DNA of 64,000 bases from an uncultured Candidatus Saccharimonadales bacterium (GTDB lineage: Bacteria > Patescibacteriota > Saccharimonadia > UBA4664): positions 9,601-73,600 of the forward strand of contig CAYXSN010000006.1 in NCBI GenBank assembly GCA_964467655.1. Reading direction: 5' to 3'. The notes under the pieces were generated by a model. It did not search any database. It was not told the DNA's origin and saw only the letters and a program-made list of their open reading frames with translations. The translations under genes were made by a program, and so were the position numbers. Positions 45,491-55,393 of the stretch are shown here, in pieces (within the stretch, counting starts at the first letter, position 1; each line of letters opens with the position of its first letter).

Positions 45491-47403
45491 TAGAGTGGCT
45501 GTTTTTCGCCGCTACCGCCCAATTTGATCTCGGCAGCACTCGCTGTGAACAGCTGAGGCGGGTTGAGGTATATTTGAGGCGTCATCACAATTTTTTCGGC
45601 CATCACGGCACCACTACCAGCCGGACCCATCCGGCTCAGGCTCAACTGTCGGCCCATCAGGAAGCCGTTAACCACCAAGGTATTGGCGCATAAACTTGAG
45701 TGTTCAATACAGGTATCGATACGGCCTTGGGAAGCGAATAAATACGCGTCTACCCGGGTGACACTCGCCGCAATGGTAATATCGTCACGGGCAATAATGC
45801 CCAAACTCGGCAATGACCGGGCAGCGTAACCCCCCGTATTATTTTGGACTGGTCCGTTAATGAATACTGAACTGTTTGGAGCTACAACTGTCAGATTACC
45901 CGATACATTACCAGACAATTGCAAGGGCGCAGCGCCAAAGTAGTAAAACACCCCTGACTTGCCGGTCACACTGAAGCTCGAACCTAAAATATTTGGACCA
46001 CGAGGACCAGTATACTTTTGAGCGATATCCAAGAGGTCGGGCCGACACATAGTAGCGTAGCCCCCATTCGCTCCTAGATTAAGCGTATTGCTACCTCCGC
46101 CAGAGCTGAAATTGCTAATAGTACCCGACGCTGCCACTGCATAATCGCCATAAGAACCCGCCGCCACCTGGCCGCGAATATCGCCTAAGGTGACGAGAGC
46201 TCCACACGACCCACCTTCGAGTGCACCACCCGCCTGTACATTGCCATTCTGAACAGATATTGCCGGGTACCGTTGAGCGACGGCTGCTACGGTAAAAGTC
46301 GCCACATGGCAAAAGGGCGTGGTAATGCCGCTAGAGGCTACGAAACAAACCGGAAATGAGAACGGCCCTGGCGGCGCACTAAGCGGAACAGTAAATTCAA
46401 ACTGGGCCATGGTAACAGTTGAGGCAGGTAGCGCATTGGTCATCCAGAACCAGTTACTGCCGCTATAACCCGAAGCCAAAGTTGAGCTTGTGGCATACCC
46501 TTGCCCGGAGCTCATGCCTGAGTCAAAAGGCAATTGCCCGGCCGGAGCACAAGGACTACCAGCACATGGCACCGCCACCTGTCCGCCTAGAGGCCGGTAC
46601 ACCTCCACTTTGCCGGCCGGCACCGACGATGTAGCCGATATGTTCGTCAGGGAAACTTGGGTTTGCACCGTCTGGCCCGGTAAAACTGTAGCATCGGGCC
46701 CCATATTTACATCGACGCCATAATTAGAGGTTAGACCGATCATATTGGCGCAGGATTTTAAAATGGTAACCAATGGCGTACCGTCAGGAGCCGAAAACTC
46801 AACCGTTGGTCCGTTGATAGTTTCTTCGAGAATATGGTAAATGCCGTCATTGGCCGGTGTCGGCGGAATACCCGGACCCGGCGAATGAGCCGATACTGCT
46901 CCCGACCAGTCATGAGGCCAGTCACCCGAGAAGTTAGCATTAAAATTCGCCTGACCCGCTGCATCATAAGCGTTAACTAGATTAACCCACTCCGCCCATC
47001 GTGATTGGGCAATTTGCACCCCATTTTGCCAGCGGTTAGGAAACGGCCCGTCGAAGGCTGGATCAGTCGCATCGACTCCCAACATAATATTTACGAGCAC
47101 CGAGGCCCGAGCCCGGTTATGGTCGGTTGGTGACCATAACCGCTTCTGGATCTCGTTGATAAAAATTGTGGCATCCATATAGTTAGCTGGTGAACTATAT
47201 GGATCAGGCATAAAGCCTGGATATGGGATGTCTGGTGACACATCAAACATATACCAAGCATCCCAATCATAGGTATCGGTATAATACCAATGATCAAGTG
47301 TCCTACCATAATCTGGACCACCAGCACTCACCGGTAGTGCCGGCATCAATGTAGCCACCAAGGCGGCAATCAAAATGATCCGGCGCCACGCCGCTAATCT
47401 CAC
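45487..47403 (-). CDS. Large secreted beta-rich protein, copy 2
   Basis: 638 aa, signal peptide MRLAAWRRIILIAALVATLMPALPVSA, collinear with copy 1. C-terminus ...KLGGSGEKQPLY. Confidence 0.5.
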   Translation of the reverse strand: MRLAAWRRIILIAALVATLMPALPVSAGGPDYGRTLDHWYYTDTYDWDAWYMFDVSPDIPYPGFMPDPYSSPANYMDATIFINEIQKRLWSPTDHNRARASVLVNIMLGVDATDPAFDGPFPNRWQNGVQIAQSRWAEWVNLVNAYDAAGQANFNANFSGDWPHDWSGAVSAHSPGPGIPPTPANDGIYHILEETINGPTVEFSAPDGTPLVTILKSCANMIGLTSNYGVDVNMGPDATVLPGQTVQTQVSLTNISATSSVPAGKVEVYRPLGGQVAVPCAGSPCAPAGQLPFDSGMSSGQGYATSSTLASGYSGSNWFWMTNALPASTVTMAQFEFTVPLSAPPGPFSFPVCFVASSGITTPFCHVATFTVAAVAQRYPAISVQNGNVQAGGALEGGSCGALVTLGDIRGQVAAGSYGDYAVAASGTISNFSSGGGSNTLNLGANGGYATMCRPDLLDIAQKYTGPRGPNILGSSFSVTGKSGVFYYFGAAPLQLSGNVSGNLTVVAPNSSVFINGPVQNNTGGYAARSLPSLGIIARDDITIAASVTRVDAYLFASQGRIDTCIEHSSLCANTLVVNGFLMGRQLSLSRMGPAGSGAVMAEKIVMTPQIYLNPPQLFTASAAEIKLGGSGEKQPLY

Positions 47404-48008
47404 CGACTGCCCTCTATGCGTTGGTTAATGCGCTCAAGCGTGTCGATATCCATACCGAAATGCTTGTCGTTGGTAGCTTTCATAAATTCTATAGCTTTAC
47501 GGTTATAGTCGAGTGCCGTTTGCTTATCTCCTAGAGTATAAGCGCATCGGCCGATACCAGTTAAGACCGCCAAGATTGCTTCAGTAGCCTTGGCTTCGGC
47601 TTGCCGATAAACAAGCAGGGCTTGCTGAAAATCACCTTTTTGCTCATATACTGCCCCGATATGTGCGTACATCTGGGCTGCTCGCTGATTATTGATAGCC
47701 GATGCAATATAATTTTCACCTGCCTTTACGGCATCATCGTACAGACGTCGGCTTTTATCGGTAGTGAGTAGATTAAAAGCGGTGTCATAACTAGCCTTAT
47801 CGCGAGCATCTGCCGCTGCTGCCTCAGTGTTTCGCCGCAGCATTTCTTTGTATTGCCAAAAAACCACTCCCCCACCAGCCAACAAGCCAAAAACCACAAT
47901 TATGAGCAAGACACGGCGGGACCGAGATAGGTCTCGATGTACAACGTGAGGCATAATTCCACTTACGTTTAATGAACCAACTATACCGCGCCCCACCATC
48001 AGACGCAA
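47400..48008 (-). CDS. TPR-repeat membrane-anchored protein, copy 2
   Basis: Probable start at MPHVVHRDLSRSRRVLLIIVVFGLLAGG..., then TPR-like repeats. Confidence 0.5.
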   Translation of the reverse strand: MRLMVGRGIVGSLNVSGIMPHVVHRDLSRSRRVLLIIVVFGLLAGGGVVFWQYKEMLRRNTEAAAADARDKASYDTAFNLLTTDKSRRLYDDAVKAGENYIASAINNQRAAQMYAHIGAVYEQKGDFQQALLVYRQAEAKATEAILAVLTGIGRCAYTLGDKQTALDYNRKAIEFMKATNDKHFGMDIDTLERINQRIEGSR

Positions 48009-48068
48009 TCACTCATCACACTGCGGTTAATGGATTATTTCGACAAAATCAGGTACAATTACCCGGCT

Positions 48069-49166
48069 ATGAGTTTATCAATTGGTATTGTCGGCCTACC
48101 CAACGTTGGCAAATCAACCCTCTTTAATGCCCTCACCCGCAACCATGCCCTCGCTGCAAATTATCCTTTTGCAACTATTGAGCCCAATGTTGGTGTCGTG
48201 CCATTACCTGATGACCGGCTCCAGAAATTGGCTGAACTATCGACAAGTGCCAAAATTACTCCAGCTCTGGTAACGTTTGTCGACATTGCCGGCCTAGTCA
48301 AAGGAGCCAGTACCGGTGAAGGATTGGGCAATAAGTTCTTGAGCCACATCAGAGAGACCAACGCCATCGTGCAAGTAGTGAGGGCTTTCTCTTCAACTGA
48401 CGTCATCCATGTTGATGGCACCCCCAACCCGAGTAGAGACATTGAAACCATTAATACCGAGCTTATTATGGCCGACATCGCGACAGTTGACCAAAGACTG
48501 GCTCGATTAAGTCAGGAGGCTAAAAGGGGGTTATCACCTGCCCAGCAAGACATCCTCAATTCGCTGCAGGCTGCCCGTGACACCCTGGGACGCGGACAGC
48601 TGATCGCGGCCGCCGCCCAACAGCCAGGCTCAGGTGTTAAGCTCGACAATCTCACTGACCTACAATTGCTCACAGCCAAACCTTTTATTTTTGTGTTCAA
48701 CCTTGATGAAGCCGACTTGAGCAATAATGATGCTCGAAACCAGCTCATCGAATCTGTAAAGCCTTTTCCGGCTGTCTGCCTATGCGCCCAAGTGGAGAGT
48801 GAACTCATGGACTTGCCGACTGCTGAAGCCGCCGAACTACTGGCTTCTCTCGGGCAGAATCAAAGCGGACTCGACCAACTTGCCACCATCGGTTTCGATG
48901 TGCTTGGCCTGCAAACCTATCTCACCACAGGACCAACTGAATCACGCGCCTGGACTATCCCCCAAGGCGCCACAGCCCCAGAAGCCGCCGGTGTCATCCA
49001 TACCGATTTCGAAAAAGGCTTCATTAAAGCCGAGGTCATCAACTACCAGGATCTCATCGCTGCTGGCTCATACGCCGCCGCCAAAGCTGCTGGCAAAGTC
49101 AGACTCGAAGGTAAAGACTACATCATGACTGACGGCGATGTCGTTGAGTTCCGTTTCAACGTGTAA
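48069..49166 (+). CDS. ychF: Ribosome-binding ATPase YchF (Obg-like GTPase family)
   Basis: MSLSIGIVGLPNVGKSTLFNALT plus a TGS-type C-terminus. Start at the internal Met. Confidence 0.8.
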   Translation: MSLSIGIVGLPNVGKSTLFNALTRNHALAANYPFATIEPNVGVVPLPDDRLQKLAELSTSAKITPALVTFVDIAGLVKGASTGEGLGNKFLSHIRETNAIVQVVRAFSSTDVIHVDGTPNPSRDIETINTELIMADIATVDQRLARLSQEAKRGLSPAQQDILNSLQAARDTLGRGQLIAAAAQQPGSGVKLDNLTDLQLLTAKPFIFVFNLDEADLSNNDARNQLIESVKPFPAVCLCAQVESELMDLPTAEAAELLASLGQNQSGLDQLATIGFDVLGLQTYLTTGPTESRAWTIPQGATAPEAAGVIHTDFEKGFIKAEVINYQDLIAAGSYAAAKAAGKVRLEGKDYIMTDGDVVEFRFNV

Positions 49167-49867
49167 AATCGCTCGACATTGCCATGGGCGCCGGCTATTG
49201 CGGAATCAGCTCGGCCCAAAACCCGGAAACCATGCTCGTCAAACCAGGTTTCCAACTGACCCAAGATAGCATCACGTACCTCGCCTTGAGGTATCACTCC
49301 CCGATACCGATCAGCTAAAGCTTTACCAGCTTCAAACTGAGGTTTAGCCATAGCTACAATGAAGCCACCATCGTTAACTAATACAGCTACAGCCTCAAGA
49401 ATTTTGGTCAACGATATAAAAGATACATCGATGACCGCCATGTCTGTCATTTCTGGTAGCTCAGCATTTCTAATGTCGGTCTGCTCCAGACTAATCACCC
49501 GCTCATCTTGACGCAGTTTATAGGCCAACTGAGCAGTGCCAACATCAACGGCATACACCCTGGCTGCTCCGTGCTGAAGGGCATAATCAGTAAAACCACC
49601 CGTCGAAGACCCAACGTCAAGCACGATTTGGTCGGAAAAATCGATTTCTAGATCATGAGCGACACTCGCCAGCTTATCGCCTGCCCGACTGACGTAGCGC
49701 GACTGGGCCTTCACCTGCATTTCAATATCGTCCCGCAACTGAACACCGGGCTTATCAAGTATACGATCATCACCTGAGACTAAGCCGGCCATAATCATAG
49801 CTTGGGCTGCCCTACGACTCGACGCCAAACCCCTGTCTACCATTAACTGATCGAGCCGCCGCTTCAC
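49118..49867 (-). CDS. tlyA: TlyA-family rRNA 2'-O-methyltransferase (hemolysin A-like)
   Basis: N-terminal S4-like segment (RLDQLMVDRGLASSRRAAQAMIMAGLV) plus an FtsJ-like MTase (LDVGSSTGGFTDYALQHGAARVYAVDVG). Its 3' end overlaps ychF convergently. Confidence 0.75.
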   Translation of the reverse strand: MKRRLDQLMVDRGLASSRRAAQAMIMAGLVSGDDRILDKPGVQLRDDIEMQVKAQSRYVSRAGDKLASVAHDLEIDFSDQIVLDVGSSTGGFTDYALQHGAARVYAVDVGTAQLAYKLRQDERVISLEQTDIRNAELPEMTDMAVIDVSFISLTKILEAVAVLVNDGGFIVAMAKPQFEAGKALADRYRGVIPQGEVRDAILGQLETWFDEHGFRVLGRADSAIAGAHGNVERFYTLKRNSTTSPSVMM

Positions 49868-49872
49868 CTGGT

Positions 49873-50439
49873 TTACTTTGCGCGCTCCAAGTAGTCGCCA
49901 CTAAGAGTGTTAACCTTCACTCGATCACCTTCGTTGATAAACAACGGTACCATGACCTCGGCTCCTGTCTCAAGAGTTGCTGGTTTGAGCGCGGTCGTTG
50001 CGGTGTCACCTTTGGCGCCCGGCTCAGTCTGAGTAACAGCCAGATAAACAGCATTGGGCATTTCCATACCAATCACACTACCGACAAACCTCAACACCTG
50101 GATCGTAGCACCCTCAGCAACATATTTAGCTTGATCGCCTAAAACCTTGACCGGCACAGTGTCCTGATCATACGTCTCATTGTCCATGAGCACGAAGTTA
50201 TCGCCTTCACGGTACAAAAGCTGCATATTGCTTCTCACAACCTCGGCCGAATTAATTTTGTCAGCCGATCGAAACGACTTCTCAAGAATATTACCAGTCA
50301 AGAGATTTTTAATTTTAACCTGAACGACTGCTCCACCCCGGCCCATAGCCTTATGGGTGTAGTCAGTCACGCGATAAGGTACACCTTCGAGTTCAATGAG
50401 CGTACCAACTTTGAGGTCTGTGTGACCCAATACCGCCAT
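49873..50439 (-). CDS. efp: Elongation factor P
   Basis: 188 aa with the typical EF-P N-terminus and the KAMGRGGAVVQVKIKNL loop region. Confidence 0.8.
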   Translation of the reverse strand: MAVLGHTDLKVGTLIELEGVPYRVTDYTHKAMGRGGAVVQVKIKNLLTGNILEKSFRSADKINSAEVVRSNMQLLYREGDNFVLMDNETYDQDTVPVKVLGDQAKYVAEGATIQVLRFVGSVIGMEMPNAVYLAVTQTEPGAKGDTATTALKPATLETGAEVMVPLFINEGDRVKVNTLSGDYLERAK

Positions 50440-50456
50440 AATGAAACCTACCTCCC

Positions 50457-50675
50457 CTACCGAACCACAAATGGCAGCAATGCAATGTGGCGGGCCCGCT
50501 TGAGGGCTACAGCAACCCGGCGTTGGTGACGCAGACAGTTACCTGTACGCTTGCGGCCTTCGATTTTGCCGTACATCGAAACGTACCGCTGTAGCAATTT
50601 GACGTCTTTGTAGTCAACGGCCTCAAGCTTTTCAGCGCAAAACCGGCAGACTTTTTTGGAATAAAAATTAGCCAT
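50457..50675 (-). CDS. rpsR: 30S ribosomal protein S18
   Basis: 72 aa, [27 protein letters not shown]... Confidence 0.85.
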   Translation of the reverse strand: MANFYSKKVCRFCAEKLEAVDYKDVKLLQRYVSMYGKIEGRKRTGNCLRHQRRVAVALKRARHIALLPFVVR

Positions 50676-50686
50676 AGTATTCTCTC

Positions 50687-51151
50687 CTAGAATGGAATGT
50701 CATCTAAATTAATGGTCTGATCGCCATCAAGGTCCTGAATCACCACGTCGTCAGATTTCTTGGAACTTGTCTGGCCGCCACCGGCTGCCGCTCCGCCAGT
50801 AAAACCGCCACCAGCTGCACCAGGAGCATCAAGGAAGTTGACGTCAGTGGCGACAATTTCGGTTCGCGAACGCTTAACGCCATCTTTTTCCCAGCTTTGA
50901 GTTTGCAAACGACCCACTACCATCACTTTACGACCCTTCGCCAAATATTGGGCAGCCAATTCACCGAGTTTACCCCAGGCCACAATCTCATGATACTCAA
51001 CGGCTTCTTTTCTTTCACCGCTCGCATCCATCCACGTGCGATTGGTGGCAACCGCAAATGATGCCACTTGCTGACCACTAGGCGTAGTCCTAAGTTCAGG
51101 ATCACGGGTTAAGTTACCCATGACGATAGCTTGGTTAAAGCTCTTAGCCAT
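50687..51151 (-). CDS. ssb: Single-stranded DNA-binding protein
   Basis: OB-fold N-terminus, Gly-rich linker and the acidic tip ...DDIPF. Confidence 0.85.
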   Translation of the reverse strand: MAKSFNQAIVMGNLTRDPELRTTPSGQQVASFAVATNRTWMDASGERKEAVEYHEIVAWGKLGELAAQYLAKGRKVMVVGRLQTQSWEKDGVKRSRTEIVATDVNFLDAPGAAGGGFTGGAAAGGGQTSSKKSDDVVIQDLDGDQTINLDDIPF

Positions 51152-51546
51152 TATTGATCTCCCTCTTTATCGCCAGCCTCCTCGGCCGGTTTACTGACTT
51201 CCTTCTCGTTTTTTTCAACTGCTGGTTTATCAGTTTTTTTCTCACGAGCTGACTGAGCCTCATCTTCTTTGACTACCAGCAAGTGTCGTAAGACTTCCTC
51301 GGTGATGAGAATGGTATTCTCAAGCTCACGGACCTTGGTCGCCTCAAGCTCAACTTCGAAGTAAATATAAATGGCAAAATCCTGCCGCTTAATGCGATAA
51401 GCCAGCCGTTTTTTGCCCCAATTATCGCGCTTGGTGACTTTACCACCCGCAGCTGAAATTAATGATTCAACCTTAGCTATTGGCGCATCAACGTCAATCT
51501 CTAGGTCAGGGTGTAATAACACCACCAGTTCATATGCTTTACGCAT
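51151..51546 (-). CDS. rpsF: 30S ribosomal protein S6
   Basis: MRKAYELVVLLHPDLE... with an acidic C-terminal extension. In the classic rpsF-ssb-rpsR order. Confidence 0.85.
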   Translation of the reverse strand: MRKAYELVVLLHPDLEIDVDAPIAKVESLISAAGGKVTKRDNWGKKRLAYRIKRQDFAIYIYFEVELEATKVRELENTILITEEVLRHLLVVKEDEAQSAREKKTDKPAVEKNEKEVSKPAEEAGDKEGDQ

Positions 51547-51674
51547 ACATCACATCCTTTCTCTGGAAATTTACTTGTCTGGGCACTACTACCCGAGAGA
51601 GAGTAAATTGCGGCAATCATGCAACACGACTCCAACTGCCGCAAAAAGGTTAAATTTAAAAGTTAGCCAAATCA

Positions 51675-51702
51675 TTGTAAAACATCAGCATAATTTAGTC
51701 AA
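51675..51702 (-). promoter_or_regulatory. Near-consensus sigma-70 promoter for the rpsF-ssb-rpsR operon (TTGACT-N17-TACAAT)
   Basis: Minus strand TTGACTaaattatgctgatgtttTACAAT. It is followed by a ~125-nt 5'UTR containing the hairpin GCGGCAGUUGGAGUCGUGUUGCAUGAUUGCCGC. Confidence 0.6.
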
Positions 51703-51732
51703 TCAGATAAAAAAGGAGTACACTATCATGAA

Positions 51733-52275
51733 ATGGTTACCACCTGGCGCAATCACCAGACTCTGCCCATCGTCAGCTTCCAGGATAGTGCAATAGCCGG
51801 CCGACTGGACGCTTGGGTTGTCGATCCTAGCAAACTCCAGTTATGTGCGTGGCTGTGCCAAATACCAGGTATGCGTTCGCGGCAATTACTGCTACCCACG
51901 GATGTTTTGCATCTCGATCAGCGTCATATCATCATTAACAGCCAATCAGATCTCGTCGATACTCAGGATGTATGGCGCCTGCAGAATCTCGTAAAGCTAC
52001 GCTACACGCCCATCGGTAAGGGAGTCTACACGGAAAGCGGTAAAAGACTTGGATTTGTGACTGACTTCAACTTTGACACTGAATCTTGGTACATTCATAA
52101 GCTACAAATAAAACCTGGTTTGTTTAGTAGCATCAGAACCGATAGTCCCTATATCGATCGTCGCCAGATCCTTGAAGTTACAGCTCATCGCATCATCGTA
52201 CAAGATACTAAGTCTCTATCAAGTCATCTGCTTGCACAATCTTTTGGACCAGGCGCCAATCAAAGCCCTTCCTGA
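51733..52275 (+). CDS. PRC-barrel domain protein (two repeats)
   Basis: Two segments with PRC-barrel-like patterns (...GKGVYTESGKRLGFVTDFNFDTESWYIHKLQIK... and ...YIDRRQILEVTAHRIIV). AAAAAGGAG RBS upstream. Confidence 0.45.
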   Translation: MVTTWRNHQTLPIVSFQDSAIAGRLDAWVVDPSKLQLCAWLCQIPGMRSRQLLLPTDVLHLDQRHIIINSQSDLVDTQDVWRLQNLVKLRYTPIGKGVYTESGKRLGFVTDFNFDTESWYIHKLQIKPGLFSSIRTDSPYIDRRQILEVTAHRIIVQDTKSLSSHLLAQSFGPGANQSPS

Positions 52276-52681
52276 CGAGCCAATTTTGCAGTTGCTTATC
52301 GTCCATATGGCTCGTGCGGCGTTTTTTGGCTACCAGCAGCTGTAGTGCCTCAAATTCGGCTGTATCAGGTCTGTCATCTAACACCTGGGCAATGGTCGAC
52401 TTTTCTAACCCTTTACCGCGCAATTCCTGCACTAGCTCACGCCGGCTCCGAGGTCGCAAGGCTTGACGATCAGCCACCCACCTCCGGCCAAATTCTAGAT
52501 CATCGACCAACCCACTCTCTTCTAGACGCTGGAGTACCATCTGCTGAGCGCTCTCAGGCCATTCGCGCCGAGTCATATACTCAAGCATTTCCCGACGGCT
52601 TCGAGCCCGGCGCAAGATGTAGTTGGCAGCATGCGCGAAATAGCGTTCTTGTTCCTTCGGACTCAGCGACGCATCAGACAA
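52208..52681 (-). CDS. recX: Recombination regulator RecX
   Basis: 157 aa. Three-repeat helical RecX architecture. Its start abuts the recA stop. Confidence 0.75.
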   Translation of the reverse strand: MSDASLSPKEQERYFAHAANYILRRARSRREMLEYMTRREWPESAQQMVLQRLEESGLVDDLEFGRRWVADRQALRPRSRRELVQELRGKGLEKSTIAQVLDDRPDTAEFEALQLLVAKKRRTSHMDDKQLQNWLVRKGFDWRLVQKIVQADDLIET

Positions 52682-53731
52682 TTAAGCCTCGGCCGCTAAC
52701 TTACGGATTTGACCATCAAGTTGCTTGATGAGTTCGGGATGATCCTTAATATATTGCTTAGCAGCTTCACGGCCCTGACCAATTTTTTCATCCTGGTATG
52801 AGTACCAAGCCCCCGCCTTCTGAACTAAATTATATTTAACCGCCAAATCCAGTACATCACCAGCTACCGAAATACCTTCGTTGAACATGATGTCAAATTC
52901 GGCAATTCGGAAAGGTGGCGCTACCTTGTTTTTGACAACTTTTACTTTGACATGTTTGCCAATCGATTGATCGCCATCCTTAATCTGCTCAGTACCTCTG
53001 ATATCCATCCGCACAGAAGCATAATATTTAAGCGCTTGACCACCCGCTGTAGTCTCTGGATTGCCGAACATTACACCGATTTTCAATCTAAGCTGATTTA
53101 AGAACACGACAGTCGTTTTACTCTTGGAAATTACTCCCGTCAGCTTCCTGAGAGCTTGACTCATGAGTCGAGCCTGCAGCCCCACGTGGGCATCACCCAT
53201 CTCGCCTTCGATTTCAGCTCGTGGCACCAGCGCAGCCACAGAATCAACCACAATGATATCGACTGCCTGGCTACGCACCAGAGTCTCTGTAATCTCCAAG
53301 GCCTGTTCGCCAGTATCAGGCTGACTGATCAGGAGCGAATCAAGATCAATACCGATCCGGGCAGCGTACTCGGGGTCTAATGCATGCTCAGCGTCTACAA
53401 AGGCTGCTACGCCGCCACTCTTTTGAACTTCAGCCACTGCATGCAAAGCCAAGGTCGTTTTACCGCTCGACTCAGGTCCGTAAATTTCAATAATCCGGCC
53501 CTGGGGCAGACCGCCGCCCAAAGCCAAGTCCAAAGATAACGAACCGGTTGGGATAGTTGCCACATCGATCTTGTGAGCCTCACCTAGCTTCATAATAGAG
53601 CCGGATCCAAATTGCTTTTCGATTTGTGCAACTGCCAGATCAATGGCTTTGAGACGCTCAGCCTGCTCTGCCCCCGACCGCTTTGTTTCCTTAGCTGCTG
53701 TTTCTACTACCTTCTGTTCGTCGCTCTTCAT
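52682..53731 (-). CDS. recA: Recombinase RecA
   Basis: [18 protein letters not shown] Walker A and a highly conserved RecA core. Confidence 0.9.
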   Translation of the reverse strand: MKSDEQKVVETAAKETKRSGAEQAERLKAIDLAVAQIEKQFGSGSIMKLGEAHKIDVATIPTGSLSLDLALGGGLPQGRIIEIYGPESSGKTTLALHAVAEVQKSGGVAAFVDAEHALDPEYAARIGIDLDSLLISQPDTGEQALEITETLVRSQAVDIIVVDSVAALVPRAEIEGEMGDAHVGLQARLMSQALRKLTGVISKSKTTVVFLNQLRLKIGVMFGNPETTAGGQALKYYASVRMDIRGTEQIKDGDQSIGKHVKVKVVKNKVAPPFRIAEFDIMFNEGISVAGDVLDLAVKYNLVQKAGAWYSYQDEKIGQGREAAKQYIKDHPELIKQLDGQIRKLAAEA

Positions 53732-53812
53732 GATTCATCCATACATTAAAACTTGATTGTCCTACTAGTGTAACCGCACAAAAACCAAACGTCAAGCCTG
53801 CTCAGACCAAAG

Positions 53813-54310
53813 TCAACGCAGGTTCACAAAGTCGAGAGGGAAATCAAAATCTTTTGATCGTAAAGCCGCCATCACACTCTGTAAGTCGTCCTTACTTGAG
53901 CTCGTCACTCGCACCGTGTCACCTTGGATCTGGGTTTTAACCTTGGGCGCGACATCCCGAATCAATTTGGTGATCTGTTTAGCTTTATCCTGATCAAGAC
54001 CTTTCTTGAATGGCACACTCCAGCGCATATCTTTGCCACCCTGAACCGGTTCGTGACTCATATCCAAAACCTTCAGTGGCACGCTGCGCTTCACAAGTTT
54101 GCTTTGAACTACATCGATAATCGCATCAAGTTGGTTCTTACTATCACCAGTCAGATTGAGTCCTGATTTGCCATCAGCAAACTCCACTGCCGCACTCGTA
54201 CCCTTAAAATCGTAACGTTGAGCGATTTCCTTTTGAGCCTGATCAACGGCATTGAGCATCTCGGCAGCGTTATAATCACTCACGACATCGAACGAAAAGT
54301 CTTTAGCCAT
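53813..54310 (-). CDS. yajQ: YajQ-family nucleotide-binding protein (UPF0234)
   Basis: MAKDFSFDVVSDYNAAEMLNAVDQAQKEIAQRYDFKG... GGGGAG RBS 7 nt upstream of the internal Met start. Confidence 0.7.
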   Translation of the reverse strand: MAKDFSFDVVSDYNAAEMLNAVDQAQKEIAQRYDFKGTSAAVEFADGKSGLNLTGDSKNQLDAIIDVVQSKLVKRSVPLKVLDMSHEPVQGGKDMRWSVPFKKGLDQDKAKQITKLIRDVAPKVKTQIQGDTVRVTSSSKDDLQSVMAALRSKDFDFPLDFVNLR

Positions 54311-54347
54311 GATTTGCTCCCCTATTACGTTGACTATTATACAAGGG

Positions 54348-55319
54348 TCAGAAGGCGCTGTCTTTACTAAACACCTGATTACGGCGAACCTCACCGGTCG
54401 CCCCGATTATACCCAAATCTTTGGCTGCCACTACCTTGTTCGTTATCTGAACGCTGGTCGCTCCAGCATTACCTGTCGTAATATTGACTGAATCCTTGCC
54501 GACAAACAACCTCGACCAGCCAGCAATCACAGTGCCGCGCCAGACCTCTTTACCATCTACCACCACTACCATAGAAGTAGTCTCTGACGCCTTGGCTACC
54601 ACAGCCACACCATCAAATATCACCGTTGGCACTTGCGCTTGAGTCAATTCAAGCTTAGGAACCGTAGCCAGAATATTGCGGGTCACTGTTGTCTCTTTGC
54701 CCAGCTTACTCCTGGCGAGGACGGTAATCTCGTTGATACCATCTTGTACTGCCACTTTTTCGGTGAAATTGCCGTCAGTATCCACAAGTACCGGCGAGCT
54801 ATCAATAAACACGTCAGAACCAGGAGTGGCTGCTCCCCTAATCTCCACGACGCTGCCCGTGATTGACTGGTCTTGCTCTGGGCTCATCACATCCAACCGG
54901 GGGGCACCAGCCAGAGCCGACATCTGCCATAGCAGGTAGCCAATCACCGATACTACAATCACCACCAACCCCAATACGGCTAAGATTTTGCCAGTAAATA
55001 CCAGTTTAGCGGGCCGATCCAGCTGTGGGCTGTGAGTCTCGCCCCTTTCAATGCCACCTCTTTCAGCGACATAATCAGTCGCCAGAGCTGCACCGTCTAG
55101 CCCCAAATGGTTGGCATAATTTTGAACAAACCCCCGCGAATATATATCGTTCGGCAATTTATCGTAATTACCAGCTTCCAGAGCCGTTAAATACTTGCCC
55201 CTGATTTTGGTGGCCACTTCCACCTGGGCCAAGCTCATACGCAAGGCCTGTCGTCGGGCTTTGAGCTGGGGTCCAACTTTCATCTGAACCACTGATTTCG
55301 GCTTGATATTCTCAACCAT
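54348..55319 (-). CDS. rodZ: RodZ-like cytoskeleton protein (XRE HTH, TM, C-terminal DUF4115-like domain)
   Basis: N-terminal HTH (LKARRQALRMSLAQVEVATKIRGKYLTALEAGNYDKLP), a single TM segment and a beta-rich C-terminus. Confidence 0.55.
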   Translation of the reverse strand: MVENIKPKSVVQMKVGPQLKARRQALRMSLAQVEVATKIRGKYLTALEAGNYDKLPNDIYSRGFVQNYANHLGLDGAALATDYVAERGGIERGETHSPQLDRPAKLVFTGKILAVLGLVVIVVSVIGYLLWQMSALAGAPRLDVMSPEQDQSITGSVVEIRGAATPGSDVFIDSSPVLVDTDGNFTEKVAVQDGINEITVLARSKLGKETTVTRNILATVPKLELTQAQVPTVIFDGVAVVAKASETTSMVVVVDGKEVWRGTVIAGWSRLFVGKDSVNITTGNAGATSVQITNKVVAAKDLGIIGATGEVRRNQVFSKDSAF

Positions 55320-55393
55320 AGATTTATCTTATACTAATCTTTAAGACAAAGAATTCTCCGGCTTGTCCATCACAAGAACCACAACAGAGCTAA

